A DNA stretch of 64,000 bases, taken from positions 20,274,001 through 20,338,000 of the forward strand of contig NW_026889779.1 of the NCBI RefSeq assembly GCF_033153115.1, given 5' to 3'. This document shows, piece after piece, positions 24,801-36,800 of this stretch. This stretch comes from Saccostrea echinata (taxonomy: Eukaryota). Every line of letters begins with the position of its first letter. Positions within the stretch are counted from its first letter, which is position 1. The notes beneath the pieces are model-generated. The model searched no databases, was not told the origin of the DNA, and saw only the letters and a program-made list of their open reading frames with translations. The translations under genes were made by a program, and so were the position numbers.

Positions 24801-27800
24801 TTATGTTAAAGAAAACAACATTGGATGAAATACTTGATGAAGCTGACCTGGCATTCTAAAACTTTTTCTTTATAATATTGTTCTGTATTTTGTATTATTT
24901 AGATCCACAAGGTGCTGCTGTACAAACCCACCATTTTCACATTTACAATAAAAGAGATTCTTCTGTATTACTTGACAGCAAGCTCAGCCGGGATTCATTA
25001 AAGGTAAGTAGGTCAGAAAGAGCCATGGACTCTGTTCATCCCTCAGCAAAGGTTCTGGATATTGTTTAGTCCTATTGTGAGGTTTGGCTGAGCGGGGATG
25101 TATTATACTTGTATATAAGATTTTGAATTGTATATAAAATATTTTATGCTACTATGTTTAAACATTAGAATTCATGGAACATTTTGCAAGATTTTATATG
25201 AAATACATGTACTATTTTATTAAACAGTGAAATTTGTTAACTTGTTCCAAGATGATTATAGATGCTTTACCTAAATGTGATGATGCCAAATCAAGGAAAA
25301 AAAGCAGATTATCTAAATAAGCTCATTTGATAAATGATCATAACAATGGAAAGGCTTATGGACTTGGAATAGAGCAGTTAAGTTATTCAGTTAATCAGTC
25401 TGAAAAAGTTTAAGAACTAGACTATCAGATTAAGTAGAATACTCTGTAATGCAAGTCAGTAACCTGCATGTACTTCCACTGTGCTACATGTATGTTTAAG
25501 GTAAAGAAAAACAGTAGACATTTATATGCTGTACATTGTAGTTACAATGTACATGTATTTGGAAAATTCTCTGTCCAGTATTACTCCCATACATTAATTT
25601 CCAGTCATCAAATGAAGTATAGTTTTTCTTTTTTTGATTTTCATTATCATTAAATCATAAGTATCCTTTAATCTTTAGTCGTGATTGGTACAGACATTGT
25701 ACACATACATGTATATATAACAATTGGATTTACTTTTAGATGTCCCAGTTGTCAATGGACATGAAAAGACAGCCTTCCTTCATTGGACAAGATGAGAAAA
25801 TGTTCTCAGAACCTAGCAGGTAGAACAAAGAAGAATAAACATAGTTATTAAGCATATTTGAATGCTGTTCAGAAAATCTAAGATGCTTAACATTACTTAA
25901 ATGGCAGAAAAGAGGTTAAATAAATGTATGAATGCAAGTAAAGATCTTTTCCCCTGTAATAAGGATGGGTTAATTTATGATTTGACAGTTTGAATCATAC
26001 TGCCAGTGGCTTGGTTTCTGAGGAGAAATTTTACGTGGGTTCTGTAGACAGCTGTAAGAGTATTTCTCCGACTAGCAGTGTCCATAATCTAGAACGCCTT
26101 CCCCAGGGCTCCTCTCTAGGCTCAGTCAACAACAGCAGTGTCCTTGACCTGGGTCTACAGGCAGGGAAGGTCACAAAGAACAAGGCGAAGGAAAACAGAT
26201 CCTATCTTTGGGGCCCAACTGGGGAACAAGAATGGAGCCCAGATATGACAACAGGTAAATGTTTCTGACTATTTCTCATATGAAAATACACCAAAGAGCA
26301 TACATTCTGGATTATATCTAATGTCCACTGTGATGCACTGAGATGAAAGATAGCTCTGACTGTATAAGACCAATAATACAGGTCTGAAAGATACTGGACT
26401 AAAAAAGTCATGAGGATTGTATCATGTTTTATTTTTTAACTTCACCTTCAAATATGGACTAAACCCATGAGAGGATTACTCAGTTCTACAATTTTCTTAG
26501 AAATGCATGATATCTATTTCTCTTAATGTGAATAAGTTTTAATCATATTATAGATACAGTATGTTTTTGGGCATTGTTTCTGTTTAACAATTAAGTTTAA
26601 CAAACACATCTATCAGTAGATTGAAGCCCTTAGACTGTTCATCACATATCAGTAAGCAATTCCCTCATCATAAATTTTACAATGTGAAAAGGAAATACAA
26701 GTGCAAGAACTGAAGTGTTTAAAAAAGGTTTGATTATCATGAACTTTTTTGGCTAGTAAAGATAAGAAATTATTTTATGATATATGTACAAATTATATTT
26801 ATTTTCAATAAGGGGTTTTGTCAGTACTCGCAAATACATGTAAGTACATGTAAGTTGCTATTTGATGGGCTTCCAAAAGAGAGGAAACTCTGTAATTAGA
26901 TTCTTAAAGAACCAATCATGTCACAGAATCTATTGTACGGATCTACAATGTACATGTTTAGAAAGAATTACTATGATTTACAGAGTGTATACATCTAAGC
27001 ATGCATACATAGCTTTAGGGAATTCAATCTTGGGAATGATTTCATTATATTTTATATACAATTGTATATTTAGTATCTGGCACTGATCTTGCAGTGTTTC
27101 TTGGAGTGTTTTAAGGTGTGATGATTCCAAAGATTAATATATATAGTTCTGTCACAAGCTACCTGTAATTAAGGCATTTTTATCATCAAAATTGTCACTA
27201 CATGTGTGTAATTGAAGACTAATGATTATATGGTTAGGAAGATATCCCAGAAATGTCCCATAGAAGTGTAAGCAGTAGATATCCCAGAAAAGTTCCATTG
27301 AGGTGTAAGCAGTCTCTAGTCTGTAGGTGTGTGTGGAGGATCAAAGTGAAACCAAACCTGGAAGACAATGTGTTTTTTAGAGTCAATTGTACATATTAAT
27401 CATATTCAAAAATAACATTATACACAAGTACATTTCAACAATTATGTAGATAGATATTCTGGAACTGATTGAAAGATAAGCATAATTAAATTCACTCAAA
27501 TATAAATCATGTATAGGTCATTTACATATATATGCATTATTGATTAACATTACATACATGTAGCACTTATAGGGTTGGTTAGGTACATATGAACTCAGTG
27601 TTTTCCCTTTATTTCAAAGTAAAATGTTATATATCAATTGTTATAGGCTATGGGTGAGGTTTATGAAAAAAAATCTTTGTAGACATTACAACAATTATTT
27701 TTAAAATTTTTGATATCTCAGTGGCATTTTTAACGACTTAAGTGGTCAATTTGGCCGGTGGCCGGTTCTTCGGGAAAACACTGGAACTAGAACATGCATG

Positions 27801-30800
27801 TGGCTTTGACAGGTTCTATGAGGGTGGTCATACTTTTAGGGCAGAATGAATGTTTGAGTTGGCTTGTATATAAGCATGAATTTGGCAGTTTTAAAATTAC
27901 ATACATGTATATATTATACACATTTTGTCCATTCATTTAATGTTTGTCTTTGTCTCTGTGATGTCCCAGGCTTTAATTATCATCACCCCAGAAATCCTTC
28001 AAGACATTTTTTATATGTATTATCTGATAAGGCATATGAATCAACAAAGAGAGGACTTGTATTTAGATTAAGTGTAATCTGTAATGGTATATGTACAGAA
28101 TGATTTATATTAAGGATGTGTTTTCTGTATATTCTTGTACATGCATCTTATTCTCTGTGTAATAACAGCTGTCCTGTAACTAGTTTAAGGCCCTCTAAAT
28201 AAATATATTTGTTTTTCAGTATGTTACTCTCTAAATTAATCCTACAATGTCATGTATATGGATTTCTTAATATAAGAACTGTTATTGATTTGCACTTTGT
28301 ATATTTGACGTAATATTAATGGTACTCTGTCTTAGCAAGTAGCAGTTTTGTAAACATGTATTATATCTGCATGTTATAGGGGTCAAATTCAAGGTCAACC
28401 CTATCTGATAAATGATAATTAGGATATACACTTTTGGATGAGACAGTTCAAAAAATATTGCTGATTCAGGAAGGTTCTTAGAAAAAATAGTTTTATATTA
28501 AGCTATATTGGAAACATCTTTTCAAGAACATCAACTTTATATTTTTCAACTTTAATATCCATTCAAATTTTGATATCCATGTATGCAAGATACATGTAGC
28601 ATCACTATATGGTGTCAAATTTTGTTGCACATATCTCAGCCTTTAACTGTAGCAAATTTGAGACAAGGGATTTTTACATGAGTAGTATAGTAAAATCTTT
28701 AAAAAGTTGATTCTTGTAAACATGAAGCAAAGCAATACATCTAAATTTCTATCCCATGAAATCTAAATTTCTTTCATTATCTTAATGCTGTTCCACTAAA
28801 AGACCAAAGTTTTGAATTTTAGAAAAAGCAATGACCCAGATGATCATTGATAAGTGCAGCATTCTTCCTGTGCTGCACATGCATATTTGTTCCCTTAGAG
28901 ATTTCTGTTTGATAAATTAAAAGATCACACATTCATTTATTTCATGAATAGCTCAATAAATGCAGTTCATGAAATGTGCCTTTTGGAGAAGTCTAGGTTC
29001 ATACCCTCCTGAACTTTTCTAAAATTTTATTAATGTTTTTAGTAAGGCCATTCCAAGATTTTTTTTTCTGTTTAGCATCCACATGCACCTTGAATTGTGA
29101 CATCCTAGATCAGAAAAACACTACTGTAGAATCCCAAATATATGCGAGGAATTAATTATCACATAATTTTGCAAGAAGCAGCATTCGCAAAATAAAATTT
29201 CTCACTTTTATTTTAATGGAGATTAATTCAATGAAAAATTTATCCATTAATCATCCATTCTCAAATTTTTGTTCTCCCCATTGGACGCTTAAGAGCCATT
29301 TTGCTATATAAAGTACCGGTACTTCCGTAAAATAAGGAATCTATAGTATTAGTAGTCCAGAAGTTGAAAATTTGGTTAAATCTTTGAATTCTGTCCATTT
29401 TATTCTTTATTTGTTAAGAATCTGTCAAATTAGGTATATAGTTAACATCTACCACCTTGTTTTTGTTTTTAAGAAAAATAGAATAATGAAATCAGATCCC
29501 CTTCATAATGTCATTTTTATGATTATAAAGTGTTTTATATTTCAACTTGTGTTTTTTGTGAATAGGTAGACATTTAACATAGAAAACATAGAAATCTTGG
29601 AATGGCCCAAACACACATTTTATTACACCACTGGTACACTGTAAAGCTAATTGATAAATTCTATATACCTAACACTATCTGATATATATATTGTATAAAG
29701 ACCATCATCCATTTGCCCTTTGTGCTGACGAACATTTTTGTGCTATGTAAATTTCAGGCCAGGACTGGTTTCCCGCACATGGATATCAAAATGATTCCTG
29801 TCTCGTCAAGCCAATACTAACTGCAGACATACATTCGCAAAATTTCTGTGCTGGAATAAGTATGAGCATAAACCATGTAATTTATCTTATGCATTCATGC
29901 GTTTGAAAGTCAAACATCACTGTGTAGTGTTTGTATATCATTTCAAAAACCTCGGTGCATTGTGTTGCATGAAAAAGCATTTATCTTCACTCCTTTTGAT
30001 GAATTAAATGTAATATTATTGATCTGACATTTCGGATACTTATTGTTGCTTTTTATTCATTCACATTGTGAGTTTGAAGTGCATATGGCTATGAAAGTTT
30101 AGTTTAATTTTGATTGAATATGTTTCAAAAGGAATGACAGATTAAATGAACAGTTTCATCCAATAAAGACAATAATTAGACATTTCAATATGGGAAGCAT
30201 AATTAATTAAAATTTTGTATAATTAGACATAAAAATGTCGTATATGCATACTTTACATATCAACTAAACATGTCTTTATCGTAGTCAGCTTTCTAACAAG
30301 TTGCTTCCTAGAATTATAAAAGGCAGAATGTTTTCAATAAGTAAAGATATGGATATGAACTACTGTAGATGCCATGGCTTTTGTAAATTTGGTTTAGAAT
30401 CAGATGTACTTAACAGATTTTAAGTTCAGTGGTATAGATGAAAAGCTTAAATGATACAATACTGCTTTGATTGGCCAATTTTGACCTCTGAAGTGACCTA
30501 TGTACAGATCTTTCTGTTTGACTTGGGAAGGGACTTTTCTTTTTATACTTCTTGTTTAACTGTAGCTGTGCATGGTTTGTTAGCTTGCCTGTAATTTTAA
30601 TTACTAATATAATCAATGCCAAGTCATTCTGGTCTTTTAGGCATGATTTAATATTTTATATTAAAAAACACATGCCCAGTCTTAATTGGATTTCTTGATT
30701 TAGACATTATAAAAAATCCAATATTGAGCTTTAAAAAGTTTGTTAGTTCCCTGGATCTGATTATCTGTTTTTATCTATATATTTTTTTCAAATATTCTAC

Positions 30801-33800
30801 TCTTTTGTACCTTATAGACCAGAATAGCTTTGGTTGGTACTCTCAGTTGAGACAATGTTTTGTTGTGTGCAGTGGCTGCATCTCTTGTATTTGCCTCTTC
30901 TATTCATTTTTACAATTTTTATTTTTATGTTTTGGTAAATGTGTTTAAAATTTGAGGTGTCCAACTAAATTAAAAATCAGTAACTTGATAATAATTAAAA
31001 TAAATTTTCCTACATTTCATTGCCAGCTTTATTTCTTTGTCCAGGTAAGATTATTGTTTTTTTCCCTCAGGTGTGGACTGGAAATCCCTGACAATGCCCG
31101 CCTCTCTTCCCATCACCACTGACTACTTCCCAGACAAACGGAGTCTGGAGAATGATTACACTCTATCTCAGTACACATTAATACCAGAGGATGTCAACAA
31201 CGAGTACTACTCCAGGTAAATCATTCAAAACTACAGCAGACTTCTGGACAGTTTTAGTGTTTATATGATGTACTGATGATACTTTTTATTCAGTGTATCA
31301 CTGATATTAACACTCTTATGGGTAGTAATAAATTTGTTTATTTACATTACCATGTTTCCCAAATAACTTTAAATACTGTTAATTGTCATTGTTTGTCTAT
31401 CCTTCCCTTGAAAAATCATGAATTTTACAGACATCTTTATTGAAGAAGTTGGTGTCAAAACAAGCTGTTTGATCTTTACTCTCTGTCCCCCTTTCAGTCC
31501 CCCAGCCTCAGAGGATGAAAAGTTCTACAGAAGGAAGCCCCTGTCTGTGACAGAGCTGTTCAGGGAGCTGATCTCCCAGAGGCTGGCCCAGGGATTCCAG
31601 ATCATTACTAAGAAGAAGTCCGACAAACAATCCTTAGAGATGTCAGTTGGGTCTAGTCCTCAGTACCCATTGACCTCTAGTCTCATCAGGGCCAGACCCA
31701 GGTCTGGACCGCAGGTCAGTGGAAAAAATATGGTGCCGAAAACCAATCAGAAGTAGCTATATTTATAACAAGATTGAAAGTGTTTCATGATTTTGTGTTA
31801 GGTTAAGGGCACAAGAATAACTAGAAATATTATCATTATTTAAGAGTACAGAGTATTCCAAACTAATTTCAGTTTTCAAGTATACTCTTTGTTGAGTTGC
31901 CCTGTGGGGTTTATAGGTCTAAGTTGCACAGGTCTTTGTTGAGTAGCCCTGTTGGGAGTACAGGTCTAAGTTTCACAGCTCTATTTTACTGAACAGGAGG
32001 AGATCTACCTAAGCATTGGATTGATATTTCACAAGCTGACCCTCAGTGGACAGACCATTCAGGTCACTCAGTACAGACCAAGGTAACTTCAGCACTCTAT
32101 AAGTTCTGCAATTTTTAAATGACTTACGGTATACACAATCAACTGCAGTATTAGTTAACCCAAAGTGAAAATAACAATAAAAAATGAGCATTTTGGAAAC
32201 AGTTATAAAATTATAGATGTTGTATAAGGTTTTAGGGGCCAACAGCAAGCAACAATAAATGAAATGTTAAAATTTGGTATGGCTTATTTTTTGTACACCT
32301 GCTAGAATTCACGTTTTGTTTTACAGACATGAACAGAGACAGATGAATCACTTGTATAGGTACCGATTTCAGGTCCCTGACTCACTGAGCTATGACATCT
32401 CAACGAGTCAATTCAAAAATGAGAAACTAGAGAATTACAACTGGAACTATCTCGATCAGTACATATGTACTCGTGGGGAGGGTGACTACGGGTTGTTAGA
32501 TGTATGTAGTTTAGAATTTCGTACATGAGGAACTTGATTTTCAGTATGAAAAAGGTAGGATGCACATTTTAATATGTTGCTACATTCATTTTGTAGCATT
32601 TGAAGTACTGGCAAGCGAGATTTTTTCTGTTGCCGTGTAATAATCCAGCTACCAGAAAGATCATAGAGGGAAATGATAGGTAACACTGGGATTTTTGTCC
32701 TAAACTTTTTTGTCTATTAATATTTAGTTTGTTCATTTGCACAAGACACATTAAATGTGAATATTAACTGCTTAATTTTTGTTTGAGATCGATTTATGCC
32801 AAACTGTAAGATATGTTTGTTTACAAGTGCAGTTTTAAATACATACATAGTTTGGATTTTTTCCCAATGAATTTTATTGCACTTGAAATTCTCACTCATA
32901 TATGTAATTGTGAGTTCTAGTAATATCTATATCTCCTCAATACAAGAAATTTAGTAAGTGTATTTCCATGAGTTTGATATAAAGCATCCCAAATTAAAAA
33001 ATAATTATGTTTTTATTTTGACTTCCTTTATTTTACCATTATTTTAATCAATTAATTAAGTATTGTGATATTCTGGAGGATAGTTATCATTTATTTAAAC
33101 AATGAAATGATATGTAATTTTTTTTTGCAATGATTGCTGTCAGAAGGGCCATGAAACAGTTGACCTTTGACCCTTCTTAAAAAACTTTCATATAGACATG
33201 GTTTAAAAAAAACTAGATCTAACTAGTTTAGGAGTTGATTGTGTTTATTGATTGATCAACAGCAATTTCATAAGAAATAAAGGAGAAAATATTCAGTGGA
33301 TGTAAATACAATACAGTGATGAAAATATAAGATAATCTCAAAATAATACATTTTCACAATTAAACAGCAATTAATTAAAATGACAACATACTCAGAATAC
33401 TATATAGTTTATCAATATCATTTTTGTTCAATTTTGTTCTTTTGTATGATGTGGTTATTTGATATTAACTGTGTCCACCAGGATCTGCCCTAGGTCAGTG
33501 CAGAGTTTTGGATAAGTTTTTATATTTCTTTTTAACTTTTTCCAGTCTACTGAATGCTTCTATCTTTTCCTAAGCAACAAACACTTTTATGCATATCTAT
33601 ACCCAGGCATGTATGTTTTCATGTGTACTAGTATCAATTTTATGAGAAATGAGACAAGATAGTTAAAACAAAGAAAAATATTTGTCAACAGTATTGCATA
33701 TCAACCAGAGTCTAGATCCACACAATCACTTTTTTGGCACAATTTATGATCAGTAGATTGTCATCATTAATACTCACAGGATTTTTTATGCAGGTGCATG

Positions 33801-36800
33801 TAATTTCTGTTAAATAATTACAGCAAGAAAATAAGCTTTTATCTCTGTATTGCTACTGAATGATTGAAACAATATTTCTTTCCTTTAAAATTGTTTAAAT
33901 GCATGTTTTAGGAGCACAACAAACTATACTTGATAATGGCCAATATATGCCCCCAGAATCAAACTCTGATGGGGAAATCTTAAATTATATTCTAACTAAA
34001 GTTAGGAGGTTATATACAGACTTTAAAGCATGAACCATTTTCATCCACTGTGATGATGTACATGTAAGTTAGATATGATATCAAAAAATGACATAAATTC
34101 AACATTTCACAAGCATGTTTTGAGCAATGATTTCAAAAGAAAATTGAGTTTTTAGTCAATAATTTGATTGGAAAAAAAATTGAGCGCAGGTTTGCTCATA
34201 CTCCATCTTTTGATATAATGTGCAGATTGATAGTATCAATGAAATGTTTTGAAATAGTTTTTGAGCAAGTTTGCGCTCTATTAAAAATAAAGTCGACATT
34301 GAACAAAATTTGGGATTTTTCTCTTTAAAAAGAAAAAAATAATGGGAAATCTCAGTAGTTTGTGATGTCACAGAGACAAAAATGACGTTTTTTCCCCATT
34401 TTGTTAATTCAGATATTATATACAATATTTACAATTGTGCACATTTCAAAAAGATTTTCAAAATTTGATTTTTTATGGGGACAGGAAGTTGCCATTACTG
34501 TGTATAGTTCTTTACATAAGGTGTGATTGTTGATTTTTCTAAAGGTATATCTACCAAATATCAGGTGGATTATTGATGTTTGTTTTTTAAGGTGTAATAT
34601 CTTATCTACCAGATATCGTGTGTAATTATTGTTGTTTGTTTCCTAAGGTGTGATATCTATCAGATGAAAAGTAAACAGGAACTTCATCAGTTAATCAGTG
34701 GATTCGTTCGCTTCTTAGAAACTCTTAACAAAATCAGGAGAACTGCACAGGCTAGAAGGCCAAAGGTAAACATCCATTCTCTGATTTATAACATCTGTTT
34801 TAATATCTGAAGACAGATGCTTTTAGAAAGCCTCAAATGATTGTAAATGGATGTTTTCGTGTTTTGTTTTAAGCAGCACTCTGGAGAAAATGCATCTAGT
34901 ACCCCTACTTCAGACCAGCAAACTTCACCATCTAGGTAAGAGGATTTTGGGGGTGGGGTTTCTGTTTTTTTGGGGGGGATACATCAACTGATACTGCTAC
35001 TGACATATAAAGAGGAATAATGAATTACCGTACTATCAGAACAAAACACCAAAATATGAAGCTCACAAAAATGAGTACTCACATGATATTATTATTTTAT
35101 TTTCTTGTCATTACAGCCAGAAAGAAGTAGTAATATTGTCAACATCAATGCCATCATCAAAATTAATAGAAGCTATGAGAGACCCCCAGTAAGTGGTTGT
35201 TTGAAATGTGTTTCTTGATATTGTTAGATATCATCCAGAAGTCAAACAACAAATATGAAAATGCTTTACATCTACTGTATTCTTTATTTACATCAGTACT
35301 GATTGACATGGTTATTCTTTATGTAAATCTTGTGAATTTACCTCAATTTGTATCCTGTTTATTATGTGTATCACAGGACAGGATTACCCATGATTCCTAG
35401 GCAGACTGGTCTCCCAGAGAGCTGTTTTATCTCGGAGGAGGCGGTGGATTGGTGTATACAAAATATACAGGAGGTCAAGGACATCTCTAGTGGCACCACT
35501 CTAATGCAGGTCAGGGTCACAGAGCAAGTAGTGATATGTAATTGTGGTACATGTATGCTTGGGTTAAATAGTTGTTGACCTTCAGATATAAATTTATTTT
35601 GTATGAAATCTGTTTTTAAAAATTTTTGAACATACTCTGTGTTTTCACTTTGTTTGACTAGACTATTATGACAACACTGTATTTGATGTAAATATTAAAG
35701 TGGAGGTGTATAATGCTTTTTTCAATCTGCTTTTTGATGTACTTTTACCAAATATCATAAGAATATAAGGGTTTGAAAATGATTTTTGAAATATTCTGTC
35801 AGCCATTTCTGTCCAACACAATGATATTCATTAATTTATAGCGACTACAAGATGAACACTTTATTTGCCACGCCTCAGGAAATCCCTATCACAAGTTCAT
35901 CCATGGCTTCTACCTGTACAACATTGTGTCACCAAAAGATAAACCAAAAACTGGTAAACTTCCATCAATGTCACATCAAAGAATGGAATGTTCTGGGGTT
36001 TTTTTTTTTTTTGCTTCATGCTTGTATATGTAGCAGTACATGTATTTGGTCATTTACATGTGAATACATTTACCTGAGTAAGTGATGTTGATTCCTGTTA
36101 GTTTTTTACACATTCAGGTGAAACATCATTTGTTATTACATATATATGTAATCAGAGAAAATCAGAAACCTAACAGTCATTCTACTTTACTGAGTCACTT
36201 CTTACAAAGAAGTAAATCTTTTGAGAAGAAGTTCTGTCTTTTTAATTTCTTGTTATCCTCTTGTAGATGTGTATGGACCAATTTACAATTATTTGTTCCA
36301 AAATGAGTGGTGTGAGGTAGCCATTCTTCCTGTGGAGCGAGAAAGAACTGAGGTGCCACTGTTTGCGATGGACGAGTCTCCATGCCAGGTGTCCGAGCTC
36401 TGGGTTAATAAGACAACCAACAACTGGCAAAAATTGTCTGGTTTAGACTCAGAGGCCCAGGGCTGGGGCCAACAGCTGGGTAAGAACCTAAATATAATTG
36501 ATGTGAATCAGGTCTATAAACATGTATATAATGTACAAATATCTGTATGTGTTAGGGTTGTATTATAGTAGTTTGCGAGACTATTATGGAAAAGCAGCTT
36601 TATTACAAAACATCCTTTACAAAGAATATATACCAAATCCCATGCTTGCATATTTTGATTTCTGAAATACTGGCATTTTTTGTTCATGTACATACACGCA
36701 TGTCTTTGAATCATTTTTGTTTTCCTATAATAAAGCTCAACATTTTCACCTTGTCAACTTACCAAATTCAGAATTCTATCATTGTTAAAAATGTGAAGTA

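Noticed and set aside
25277-25403. Box C/D snoRNA (GTGATGA ... CTGA)
   Set aside because: No terminal stem or recognisable guide; such motifs are expected by chance.
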